Origin: a bacterium
GTDB lineage: Bacteria > Patescibacteriota > Saccharimonadia > Saccharimonadales > OMJO01
Assembly: GCA_900299395.1 (NCBI GenBank)
Contig: OMJO01000012.1
Coordinates: 623-64,622 of the forward strand
DNA: 64,000 nucleotides
Direction of reading: 5' to 3'
Under the pieces are notes generated by a model that worked only from the letters and a program-made list of their open reading frames with translations, searched no databases and was not told where the DNA came from. A program made the translations under genes and the position numbers. This document shows positions 36,005-51,433 of this stretch, in pieces (position 1 is the first letter of the stretch; each line of letters starts with the position of its first letter).

Positions 36005-37522
36005 CTAGAAACTGAACTGCAGAGCGGGCTTGTTTTGAGTCTCAGAGCTAGCGTAGCCACCCACATCGCCACTATTACTCTTCAGACCGATACTATAGAC
36101 GCCGTCCTTGGTAATCCAGGTTGGGTCAAGCGTGATCGTTACCCATTGCCCCGACTTTATGGCCCCAGCCCGACCTAACACAACACTGCTTATTGCGGGC
36201 GCATTGTTCCACGTAACTATACTGTCTGTCCAGTCGTTATTGTCGACCCTGTAAACTGTACCGCCATCAGCACTGGCGTCGGTTGCATATAACCTGAGAC
36301 TTACGGTCTTGGGCGCAGCTTTAAGACCAGAAACTTTGAATTTAAGGTAGCTGTTGCGGTTAAATTGCGTACCGCAACTCTTGGCGCAGCCTGTAATATT
36401 ACTTACACGCAGTCGATTGAGTGTATCAAAATTCTTACTGACGTAATTGCTGCCGTCTTTTACCATTGCGTCGTCAGACGGCACTACCGTTATGGGCGAT
36501 AGCTGGTTTAGGGTACTGACAGTTACTGAGCTTGTTGCAGTTACCCCTGTTGCATCAAACGCTTTGGCGACAATGGTATGCTGCCCATCGGCAAATGTCT
36601 TACTATCGATAATCGTCCCATATGGGCTGATGTTTGCCTGGCCTACCATTGTTGCATCGACGTAGAACTCAACCCGGTTGATACCTGTCACCGAAGATGC
36701 ATTGGCCGTAATACCGGCTATACCGGTCAGCGTCGCGTTATTCACTGGACTCGTAAGAGAAACTGTCGGTGGGTTCGCGACGTTTACAGTAGCCGAACTA
36801 GAGTTAGCCGCATTGCCAGATGTGTCGTAAGCACGAGCCGTTATCACGTAAGACTGGTTACTAAATGCAGCGGTATCCCATGAATACGAGTATGGTGACG
36901 TTGTATCACTGCCGAGAAGAGTCAGCCCTGCGTAAAATTCAACTTTGCCGATTCCTCTTGCATCAGTTGCATTTGCCGTCAGGTTAACAGTGACGGTTAC
37001 GGTGCCCCCGACAGGGCTAGTCAAGCTAACAGTTGGTGGTGTCGTATCCGCCAAACAGTTACTGCCATCGCCTGTCGGCACACATGCAGTATCTGTTACA
37101 AGGAGCACCTTATCGACACTAACATCTGGCTCCCGCCCGTTTACTACTACCGAATATGTGCCAGCCGAGAGAGCGAGGTCAACTTTGCTAGTGGTAGTCC
37201 CATTTTTGTAATCTACCCACGTCCAGCTATTTGCCGAAATAGCGGTATTGTCACCCACGACAATACCACAATAGCCAGATCCTACATCGACAGTCACCGA
37301 ATTGTTAGTCGTGTCTGGGGCATTCAAACGAACCCACAAACGATAGGTACCAGTTGCCGGAACACTGACGCTGCTAACAGTGCTAGCACCATAGGAGGTT
37401 GTTGGCGCAGCGCAGGCGGCGCGGGCAGACCTGCCCGACAGTAGTACAAATACAAATAAACCCACGGACATAACCGCAGCGGCATAAAAACGTATCGAAC
37501 TTCTTTGTCTGGCTTTTGGCAT
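36005..37522 (-). CDS. secreted protein: N-terminal CBM-like domain, two Ig-like domains, C-terminal DNRLRE/CBM96-like domain
   Basis: Signal anchor MPKARQRSSIRFYAAAVMSVGLFVFVLL...ARA. Two PPTVSLTSPV...VEFY...YSWDT / VEFYVD Ig-like repeats. The C-terminus has SYLKFKVSGL...VTWNNAP. I chose the start at ATG 37522. Confidence 0.7.
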   Translation of the reverse strand: MPKARQRSSIRFYAAAVMSVGLFVFVLLSGRSARAACAAPTTSYGASTVSSVSVPATGTYRLWVRLNAPDTTNNSVTVDVGSGYCGIVVGDNTAISANSWTWVDYKNGTTTSKVDLALSAGTYSVVVNGREPDVSVDKVLLVTDTACVPTGDGSNCLADTTPPTVSLTSPVGGTVTVTVNLTANATDARGIGKVEFYAGLTLLGSDTTSPYSYSWDTAAFSNQSYVITARAYDTSGNAANSSSATVNVANPPTVSLTSPVNNATLTGIAGITANASSVTGINRVEFYVDATMVGQANISPYGTIIDSKTFADGQHTIVAKAFDATGVTATSSVTVSTLNQLSPITVVPSDDAMVKDGSNYVSKNFDTLNRLRVSNITGCAKSCGTQFNRNSYLKFKVSGLKAAPKTVSLRLYATDASADGGTVYRVDNNDWTDSIVTWNNAPAISSVVLGRAGAIKSGQWVTITLDPTWITKDGVYSIGLKSNSGDVGGYASSETQNKPALQFSF

Positions 37523-37619
37523 ACTGCTTATTCTTACTCTTACAGCGTAGCCTCTCGTAAATAGGCTGTCAAACCAAAAGAGCCCTGTCATAACACAAAA
37601 CTGGGCTATACTGAGTAGC

Positions 37620-37981
37620 ATGCAGAAACGTACGATGGACATTGGTAGCGTGGATGAATTTATTGCTGGTTATCCCCCAGCCGTGCAGGATATCTTGCAA
37701 AAAGTCCGCACTACTATCAGAAAATCCGCCCCTGACGCACAAGAGCGAATTTCGTACGGTATACCCACCTACACGCAAGGACGTAACCTAGTCCACTTCT
37801 CTGGTTATGAAAAACACCTGGGCTTCTACCCAGGTGCCCAAGCTATCGCTGACTTTGCCCCTGAACTGAAAAATACGAGACATCAAAGGGTACCGTACGC
37901 TTCCCACTAGATAAGCCGATCCCCTACGATCTCATCGATAAAATTACTCGTTACCGAGTCCAAGCCGAGCAAAATAGATAA
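37620..37981 (+). pseudogene. DUF1801/YdhG-like gene interrupted by a 1-nt frameshift in an A5 run
   Basis: Frame 1 ends ...FAPELKNTRHQRVPYASH* at 37910. Shifting by one A at 37869-37873 gives ...LKKYETSKGTVRFPLDKPIPYDLIDKITRYRVQAEQNR* (stop 37979-37981), the expected family C-terminus. Confidence 0.7.
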
Positions 37982-37984
37982 TTT

Positions 37985-38188
37985 TTAGAGATGTAGTAAG
38001 CCTAATACGTGATGCACGACGTAGGCTGGCCAGACGCAGGCTTTGAGGAAACCTACAATGACGCCCCAAAAGCCGCTCGCCTGTTCAACGAAGTACACGA
38101 CAGCCCCAATCCAGGCTGCAAAAAACACAAATTCGGACATACCGCCGCTGTTCGTGACCTTAACTACTTTGTCTACATGCTTAACCAT
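37985..38188 (-). CDS. small two-TM membrane protein
   Basis: 67 aa. Strong SD AAGGAGG 5 nt upstream of ATG 38188. Two hydrophobic helices. Confidence 0.65.
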   Translation of the reverse strand: MVKHVDKVVKVTNSGGMSEFVFFAAWIGAVVYFVEQASGFWGVIVGFLKACVWPAYVVHHVLGLLHL

Positions 38189-38225
38189 CGCATCCTCCTT
38201 GTTATACCTTTATTGTACGCCACAA

Positions 38226-38402
38226 TTACAACTTTGGTTTTGAAGACAAGTGATACCCGCCACAAACTGTGCATTTGTAGACGCGTGAAGGGCCTCTGTG
38301 GGCTTTTCCGGGGTTGATCCGTTTCAGAGCCGCTTGGGCTTCGACGTCGTTGTTAAAACGCCGCTTACGCTTGCAGTTTAGTTTTTCAGCTTCGCTCGCC
38401 AT
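38226..38402 (-). CDS. small (58 aa) basic Cys-containing protein, below the ORF-track cutoff
   Basis: Translates to MASEAEKLNCKRKRRFNNDVEAQAALKRINPGKAHRGPSRVYKCTVCGGYHLSSKPKL*. It has C-x31-C-x2-C followed by GGYHLSS. A TAGAAT box lies 6 nt upstream of the ATG, so the mRNA may be leaderless. Confidence 0.4.
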   Translation of the reverse strand: MASEAEKLNCKRKRRFNNDVEAQAALKRINPGKAHRGPSRVYKCTVCGGYHLSSKPKL

Positions 38403-38423
38403 AGGTACATTCTACTGTAAAAA

Positions 38424-38456
38424 GATAAAGGGAGTCCTAATTCGGACTCCCTTTAT
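38424..38456. terminator. rho-independent terminator after 5S rRNA
   Basis: Stem aagggagtcc / ggactccctt with a 6-nt loop. T-rich tail on the minus strand (tatcttttt). Confidence 0.7.
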
Positions 38457-38461
38457 ATAAT

Positions 38462-38573
38462 TTGGCACCGTGCTATTTTCCCAGGGGTGGACCCCAAGTA
38501 TTGTAACCGCAGAGAGGCTTAACTGCTGTGTTCGGCATGGGAACAGGTGTTTCCCTCTCGCCATGGGCACCAA
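38462..38573 (-). rRNA. rrf: 5S ribosomal RNA
   Basis: The minus strand reads ttggtgcccatggcgagagg...cccatgccgaacacagcagttaagc...ggtgccaa. The terminal helix closes and the conserved CCCAUGCCGAAC block is present. Confidence 0.9.
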
Positions 38574-38884
38574 TTTGGCACTTTTGCCGAGTTGACCTGC
38601 TAACGAGCAAAGCTCATTACTCCGTCAACTCTCTTGGGAAAATGCGGTGTCGACTACATTCGTCTTTTTCAGTCATCGTACATTAGTACGCTCCCTTCAA
38701 AAACTCACTGTCTCCTTGCACTTTCCTCAAGCAAAATTCCCAAATCGGGTTTATTGCCTGATTGATGTCCATGTTTCGCACGGATTTGAGATGTTAACAA
38801 ACGGTGTGTAACTATTCGTCACACCAATAACTAGTCAATGCACTTCTTCTCACAAGCCCTAAATGTTCTTGTGAGAAGACGTAA

Positions 38885-41970
<3,086 letters not shown>

Positions 41971-42388
41971 TTACGATTAGTAAATCGCCCCGTAGGGACC
42001 TGAAAGGTCCTGCAAGGGTGGTTTACTAGTGCAATTGACTAGTTATTGGCAAAACCAATAACCAAGCGCAGTCAAGCTGCGCCGATATGCAGTAAAACTG
42101 CATATGCCGTTTGTCTTATTTAACATTCACACTTCCATATAGTGTGAATATCATCTCAAATTTCTTCTAGTTGTTAAGTTACAAAACCCAAGGCATCCCA
42201 CAATGACAGATAACTATAACCCTGAGAGCTTGAGTTTACGCTAGAAGTTTTGTGCGACTTTTTCGCACGACCTCGTGCCTAAACTCAAGCAGCCAAGTCA
42301 GTATACGCGTTATAACAGAGGTAGTCAAGCCTATTACGCTGTAAAAGTTGCTACAATTTAACTGTTTAGAATTTTCGTGTTTTCAACT

Positions 42389-42465
42389 TGGTGGGGCTGG
42401 GAGGACTCGAACCACCGACCTCGTCATTATCAGTGACGCGCTCTAACCAGCTGAGCTACAGCCCC
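42389..42465 (-). tRNA. tRNA-Ile (anticodon GAU), CCA encoded
   Basis: 77-nt cloverleaf. Anticodon loop CTGATAA. Acceptor GGGGCTG/CAGCCCC, discriminator A, then CCA. Confidence 0.95.
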
Positions 42466-42475
42466 TCATCTTTCT

Positions 42476-42552
42476 TGGTGGAGCAACGGGGACTCGAACC
42501 CCGGACCCCCTGCTTGCAAAGCAGGTGCTCTAGCCAACTGAGCTATTGCCCC
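42476..42552 (-). tRNA. tRNA-Ala (anticodon UGC), CCA encoded
   Basis: 77-nt cloverleaf. Anticodon loop TTTGCAA. The G3:U70 identity pair is present in the acceptor GGGGCAA/TTGCTCC. Confidence 0.95.
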
Positions 42553-42568
42553 AAGCAAAGACCAGGCT

Positions 42569-42597
42569 ATTGTACATAAAACCCCTGTTATTGGCAA
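42569..42597 (-). promoter_or_regulatory. candidate internal promoter in front of tRNA-Ala/tRNA-Ile/23S/5S
   Basis: Minus strand TTGCCA (42592-42597), 17-nt spacer, TACAAT (42569-42574). It ends 16 nt upstream of the tRNA-Ala 5' end. Confidence 0.4.
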
Positions 42598-42603
42598 CTG
42601 TAT

Positions 42604-42637
42604 AAAAAATGAGCCCTCTCGCAAATGGGCTCATTTT
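42604..42637 (-). terminator. intrinsic-terminator-like hairpin inside the 16S-tRNA spacer
   Basis: Stem atgagccc / gggctcat (42609-42616 / 42627-42634), 10-nt loop, followed on the minus strand by a T-run. Confidence 0.45.
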
Positions 42638-42821
42638 TCGGCTTCTCGGCTCTTTTGGTCTGGGAAGAGCAACCCGGTGTTAAAAACTGAATAGTGCATT
42701 CAACGTCAATTCGTTAAAGGTGAACTCTTTCCTTAGCGATAACCGACGAGTTCAGACTCGGTCATCAAGGATCGCCTAGCTCGAGTGATCAATTGAGTCA
42801 CTCGGCTCATTTACTCCCTAG

Positions 42822-44287
<1,466 letters not shown>

Positions 44288-44517
44288 AAAAAAGAATCTG
44301 TCTTAGCATTCAGTCGAACAGATTACCGAAGTAATCAAATTACTGACTTTTGTACTTTCAAAACAGTTCAAATGAACTGACGTTGATCGTTCGCCTTGGT
44401 TGGCGAACGGTTAACGCTTTGACCAAAGGTCAAAACATTAACTTGCACTATTCAATTTTTAACGTTCGTTATCGATTTCGAGGACACTAATACATACCCC
44501 ACGAAATGACTCCGACT

Positions 44518-44546
44518 ATCGTACCTCTTATATACACCTTAGTCAA
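44518..44546 (-). promoter_or_regulatory. candidate rRNA operon promoter
   Basis: Minus strand TTGACT (44541-44546), 17-nt spacer, TACGAT (44518-44523). Preceded by an A/T-rich UP-like stretch. Confidence 0.55.
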
Positions 44547-44590
44547 GCGTTTTATATACCGTTTATGTTTTTACAACGATTATGTGCAGT

Positions 44591-47176
44591 TTAATCTGTT
44601 TTTTTGGTAGTTTTCTTCTCTTCAGGCTTCTCGTCGGCCACCGGCTCTTCGTCTTCGGCATCATCTGTCTTTTCTACTAGTGCCAATGAGGCGACTGTAT
44701 CACCATCGTTCAGGCGCATAATACGTACGCCCTGGGTTGCACGACCGAGTTCTGGAATATCTTTGAGGCCGAGGCGAATAGTCTGGCCATGGGTCGAGAT
44801 AATGATGATCTCGTGCGCATCATCCTTCAGGGTCTTTACGCCCATGAGGTTCCCTGTCTTGCTGTTAACAACCGCGGAACGGATACCAACACCACCACGA
44901 GCATGAGCCGTGAACTGCGCAATCTTAGTACGCTTACCGTAGCCATACTGGCTAATAACGAAGATACTGGAGCCCTCTTCGACCATGTCCATACCGATAA
45001 CTTCGTCACCGGCACGGAGACGAATACCGCGCACTCCTCGAGAGACACGACCCATCGGACGCGCATCTTTCTCATGGAAACGAATGGCCTGGCCCTGCGA
45101 GGTAGAGATAACCACTTCGTTGTTGCCGTCGGTCATGCGAATCCACTTCAGCTCGTCACCATCGTCAAGATTGATAGCAATAAGACCGCTCTGTCGCACG
45201 TTCTGGTACTGCTCAAACGGCGTTTTCTTCACGACACCCCGCTTGGTACACATGAGCAAATTACCGCCGTTAGACTGCTTGCTAACGTTAATAACCGAAC
45301 TAACGGTTTCTTCTGGCTGCAATTGTAGAAGGTTCACGATGGCAACACCCTTGGCATTCAAGCCCACAGCTGGCACTTCATAGGTCTTCAGGCGGAATAC
45401 CCGACCCTTGTTGGTAAAGAATAGGAGGAAGTCGTGTGTGCTAGCGTAGACTACGTGCTCAATAACGTCTTCTTCCCTGGTCGCCATGCCGCGCTTACCC
45501 TTACCGCCACGACCTTGACGCTTGTAGTCGGCAATCGGGCTCCGTTTGATGTAATTGGCTGAGGTAAGCGTAACGACAACTTGCTCATCTGGCACAAAGT
45601 CTTCGTCGCTCATTTTGCCCAACTCTTGTGGCACTACTTTGGTGCGACGTTCGTCGCCAAATTGCTTTTTCATTTCGAGTAACTCGGTCTTGATGATCTT
45701 GAGAATCTTCTTTTCGTCGGCCAAGATGGCTTCGAGCTCACCGATGAGTTTAAGTAGTTCGGCCAGTTCATCCTCAATCTTCTTGCGCTCCAGACCAGCA
45801 AGTGTACGCAACTGCATGGCCAAGATAGCTTTTGCCTGGATCTCGGTCAGCTTAAACTTCTTCATGAGGTTCACTTGGGCTTCATCGGTGGTTTGGCTTG
45901 AACGAATGGTCGCAATCACTTCGTCGATGTGATCGAGCGCAGTCTTCAGCCCTTCTAAGATATGTGCACGCTCTTTCGCTTTTCGCAGCTCATATTCGGT
46001 ACGACGACGAACAACAACCTGACGATGCTTGATGTATTCCTGCAAGATATCCTGCAAGCCAAGCACACGTGGCTGGATACCATCTACCAGCGCCAGCATG
46101 TTGTAGTGCACCGTCATCTGTAGTGGCGTCAGCTTGTACAGGTGGTTCAATAGCTTCTTTGGGTAGGCATCTTTCTTGAGGTCAATCACCAGTCGAACAT
46201 TACCGCGGGCGCTCTCATCACGTAGGTCGCTAATACCAGAGATCTTCTTGTCTTTATATAAGTCAGCTATCTTCTCGAGAAGTCCAGCCTTGTTTACACC
46301 ATAAGGAATCTCGGTAATAACAATGCGCTGTTTGCCCTTCACCCCTTCTTCAATCATGGCTACACCACGGACAACAACGCCACCACGACCAGTTGCGAAC
46401 GCAGTGCGGATAGATTCTTTACCGTAAACGATACCGCCGGTTGGGAAATCAGGCCCCTGTACATGCTCGAGCAAATCATCCAATGTGGATTCTGGCTTAT
46501 CAATAAGTGTGACTGTTGCGTCGATAATTTCTGAAACGTTGTGCGTTGGGATATTGGTGGCCATACCAACGGCGATACCAATCTGTCCATTCAATAGTAA
46601 GTTTGGCAACTTAGCGGGCAGTACTTCTGGCTCCTGCTCGGACCCATCATAGTTTTCGCGGAATGGCACTGTTTCTTTGTCGATGTCTTCAAGTAAAGCT
46701 GCGCCAGCTTTGGCCATGCGAGCCTCTGTATAACGCTGAGCGGCTGGCGGGTCGCCATCCATAGAACCAAAGTTACCCTGACCGTCCACTAGCAGGTAAC
46801 GAGTAGACCAATCTTGTGCCAAACGCACCATAGCGTCATAGATGGCAACGTCACCGTGCGGGTGGTATTTACCCATGACGTCACCGGTAATACGAGCACT
46901 TTTAACAAATTTTGACCCGGGTTTCCACCCGTTTTTGTCCATAGAATACAAAATACGGCGGTGCACCGGCTTCAGGCCGTCGCGAACATCTGGTAAGGCA
47001 CGCGAGACAATAACGCTCATGGAGTAACGAAGGTAGCTATCCTCCATGACGTTCTCAACAGTACGTGACTCAACTAGTCCTACATCTTTTACATGTACGG
47101 GATCCGAGGTGATAATCTCGAGATCTTTCTGCTCTGGCGCTTCGTTTTCGATTGGGGTGTTATTCTCGTCGTTCAT
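44591..47176 (-). CDS. gyrA: DNA gyrase subunit A
   Basis: 861 aa. [16 protein letters not shown] and the active-site region [11 protein letters not shown]-terminal beta-pinwheel repeats and an acidic tail. Confidence 0.97.
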   Translation of the reverse strand: MNDENNTPIENEAPEQKDLEIITSDPVHVKDVGLVESRTVENVMEDSYLRYSMSVIVSRALPDVRDGLKPVHRRILYSMDKNGWKPGSKFVKSARITGDVMGKYHPHGDVAIYDAMVRLAQDWSTRYLLVDGQGNFGSMDGDPPAAQRYTEARMAKAGAALLEDIDKETVPFRENYDGSEQEPEVLPAKLPNLLLNGQIGIAVGMATNIPTHNVSEIIDATVTLIDKPESTLDDLLEHVQGPDFPTGGIVYGKESIRTAFATGRGGVVVRGVAMIEEGVKGKQRIVITEIPYGVNKAGLLEKIADLYKDKKISGISDLRDESARGNVRLVIDLKKDAYPKKLLNHLYKLTPLQMTVHYNMLALVDGIQPRVLGLQDILQEYIKHRQVVVRRRTEYELRKAKERAHILEGLKTALDHIDEVIATIRSSQTTDEAQVNLMKKFKLTEIQAKAILAMQLRTLAGLERKKIEDELAELLKLIGELEAILADEKKILKIIKTELLEMKKQFGDERRTKVVPQELGKMSDEDFVPDEQVVVTLTSANYIKRSPIADYKRQGRGGKGKRGMATREEDVIEHVVYASTHDFLLFFTNKGRVFRLKTYEVPAVGLNAKGVAIVNLLQLQPEETVSSVINVSKQSNGGNLLMCTKRGVVKKTPFEQYQNVRQSGLIAINLDDGDELKWIRMTDGNNEVVISTSQGQAIRFHEKDARPMGRVSRGVRGIRLRAGDEVIGMDMVEEGSSIFVISQYGYGKRTKIAQFTAHARGGVGIRSAVVNSKTGNLMGVKTLKDDAHEIIIISTHGQTIRLGLKDIPELGRATQGVRIMRLNDGDTVASLALVEKTDDAEDEEPVADEKPEEKKTTKKTD

Positions 47177-47179
47177 ATC

Positions 47180-49165
<1,986 letters not shown>

Positions 49166-49187
49166 TTAGTTTTCTCACTTACAAACT

Positions 49188-49216
49188 ATTATAGTGGAAT
49201 TATCCACTCCGTACAA
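49188..49216 (-). promoter_or_regulatory. candidate gyrB promoter with a palindromic operator / DnaA-box-like element in the spacer
   Basis: Minus strand TTGTAC (49211-49216), 17-nt spacer, TATAAT (49188-49193). The spacer contains AGTGGATAATTCCACT (6-4-6 inverted repeat). GTGGATAA is the reverse complement of TTATCCAC. Confidence 0.45.
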
Positions 49217-49285
49217 CTTCGAAAGCTTGTTATTGGAGGGTGTTTCATGATTGAATAAGCATTAGCAGTAAGAGGGCGTGTGGCA

Positions 49286-50848
49286 ATGTTCAAGAAACTT
49301 CTCAGTAACCTACCTTTCAACCCTAGTCTGATAAACCAGGTTAGTTTTTACGCCAAGCGCGTCCACAACGAAAGTACGGTTCGCAAAACTGGCCTTATAA
49401 TGCTAGTTTTGGCTATGTTTGTGCAACTTTTCGCTGTTATTTCCCCGCCTCAAGCATCAGTTTCTGCCAGCCCGGACAATGACCTTATTAATGGTGGCTT
49501 CGCAAACCGCGATCAAGCAGTACTTCACTGTCTTAATAATAATGAGGACTACATCAAGATTCTGGCCCACTACAACATCACCTGCACTGACGTCGCCAAT
49601 GCCGCAACAGTCACCTTGCGATCAACAGATTACAACCGAAACCTCTACTCTATGGGTCGAAAGCCTTACGGTCTGGCCGGCGAGCAGCCCGTGAATATCG
49701 AGGGAGCGAACGGTGGACGCACCTGGCTTCGCTATCTGTGGGGGTGGGACAAAAACGGTGTCAGCACTTACCAGGCTTTGTCGGGCACTAATAAAGACGG
49801 GCTTCGCTTCTTTATCCTCTATAACTGCGGGAACTTGGTGTTCATCGGTATACCACCAGTTAACCCACCTCCACCGCCTCCACCACCAACTGAGCTAAGC
49901 TGCACCAATCTGGGGATGAGTGTTACGGACGGGTCTCGCGTACGTCTTGGTTCAAAGGTATCGCTCAGAGGTCAAGCTAGTGGCAAAAACATTCGGTTTG
50001 GGCAAACTGTTAGCATGTCATATGAATACGTCAACACAGCCAATGGCAAAGTTGTTGGCAAAGCGTCGACGGGTACTATTGGATTTGTGAACGGGGTGGC
50101 AAATGATCCTGCTTCACATGTGTTCACTGCAAATACCGCTGGGCAATATGTATTTAAACTGACGGTATACGACGGCAGCAAAGTCGTAAAAGGTAGTGCG
50201 GCCGGCGACTGCGTAAAGCGCATTACTGTGCAGAAAGCGTGTGATGAATCTTCAAGCATCAAGAACATCGACGAGTGTATCGATATACATAAAAAAGCCC
50301 GCAATATTACGCAGAACATAGCCGATGCAAATGGCACGACCGCCAAGCCTGGTGATGTCATCGAGTACACCCTCATTGCTGAAAACACCGCGAATGTTGA
50401 AATACCTAAGTTTGTCGTCCAAGAAAACGTCAGTGATATCCTCGATTACGCCGATATAACTGACTTCGGTGGCGGTAAACTTACCAAAGGCAACCTACTT
50501 ACCTGGCCCGCTACTTCAATCAAGGCTAAGTCGAAGTTAACAAAGGTATTCAAGGTAAAAGTTAAGAACCCTCTTCCTTCTACCCCTCGTTCAACGTCCG
50601 ACCCTGGGCACTTCGATATGACGATGACCAATGTGTACGGTGATACAGTGACCATTAAGCTTCCTCCTCCGATCACGAAGCAAACAGAAATTGTCACCCA
50701 GTCCCTTCCAAACACGGGTCCTGGTGAAACCTTAGCTGCGGGCTTTGGTGTGACCGCAATCGTTGGCTACTTCTTTGCGCGCAGTAGGTTGATGGCCAAA
50801 GAGTTAGATGTGGTTCGCAAAGAATATACAACGAGTGGGGGTTACTAG
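49286..50848 (+). CDS. LPXTG-anchored cell-surface protein with a poly-Pro linker and a DUF11-like repeat domain
   Basis: N-terminal signal anchor. A PPVNPPPPPPPPTE linker. TAKPGDVIEYTLIAENTANV, a DUF11-like strand. The C-terminal sorting signal is LPNTG, then a hydrophobic stretch, then RSR. The ATG at 49286 has AGAGGG 7 nt upstream. The ORF track starts at GTG 49280. Confidence 0.8.
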   Translation: MFKKLLSNLPFNPSLINQVSFYAKRVHNESTVRKTGLIMLVLAMFVQLFAVISPPQASVSASPDNDLINGGFANRDQAVLHCLNNNEDYIKILAHYNITCTDVANAATVTLRSTDYNRNLYSMGRKPYGLAGEQPVNIEGANGGRTWLRYLWGWDKNGVSTYQALSGTNKDGLRFFILYNCGNLVFIGIPPVNPPPPPPPPTELSCTNLGMSVTDGSRVRLGSKVSLRGQASGKNIRFGQTVSMSYEYVNTANGKVVGKASTGTIGFVNGVANDPASHVFTANTAGQYVFKLTVYDGSKVVKGSAAGDCVKRITVQKACDESSSIKNIDECIDIHKKARNITQNIADANGTTAKPGDVIEYTLIAENTANVEIPKFVVQENVSDILDYADITDFGGGKLTKGNLLTWPATSIKAKSKLTKVFKVKVKNPLPSTPRSTSDPGHFDMTMTNVYGDTVTIKLPPPITKQTEIVTQSLPNTGPGETLAAGFGVTAIVGYFFARSRLMAKELDVVRKEYTTSGGY

Positions 50849-50850
50849 AA

Positions 50851-51420
50851 ATGAGCGAGAAATTAAGTCAGAGCCCAGAAACCTCATCTGAGATTATCGA
50901 CACTTCAGTGGAAACAGCTAAAAATGCAGAACGCCTCCAAGACGCAGCCGAAAAATCTCAAGAAGTTGATAAATCGACTGTTGAGCAACTGCGTCATGAC
51001 ATCAAGGAAAAAGCCATCAGCGGCAAAGAAGTTACTGTTGGAGAAAAGCACGAATCTGGTGGTAGTAGCTCTGGCGTTACCAAACAACTAAAATCACAGT
51101 CATACCAGAAAACATTACAGCATATCAGGACGCAACTAAGTAAACCGCAGCGAGCTTTTAGTAAAGTAATCCACCAACCTGCTGTCGAAAAAATGAGCGC
51201 CATAGGTGCGCAGACGGCCGCTCGGCCTTCGGGAATCCTTGGTGGTGCAACCTTTGCACTTTTGGGGAGCTTGGCGCTACTGATTGTCTCTAAGCGTCTT
51301 GGCTTTAGTTATAACTACTTGGCCTTTTTTGGGCTGTTTTTAGGCGGCTTTGCCGTTGGCTTGATACTTGAGCTACTTTTCCGTCTAGTACGCCCCAATA
51401 GGGCTAAAAACGCTAAATAG
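50851..51420 (+). CDS. membrane protein (charged N-terminal half, two C-terminal TM helices)
   Basis: 189 aa. Starts 3 nt after the LPXTG gene stop. TM segments GGATFALLGSLALLIV and LAFFGLFLGGFAVGLILELLF. Confidence 0.55.
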   Translation: MSEKLSQSPETSSEIIDTSVETAKNAERLQDAAEKSQEVDKSTVEQLRHDIKEKAISGKEVTVGEKHESGGSSSGVTKQLKSQSYQKTLQHIRTQLSKPQRAFSKVIHQPAVEKMSAIGAQTAARPSGILGGATFALLGSLALLIVSKRLGFSYNYLAFFGLFLGGFAVGLILELLFRLVRPNRAKNAK

Positions 51421-51433
51421 CGCGATCTTTCCG

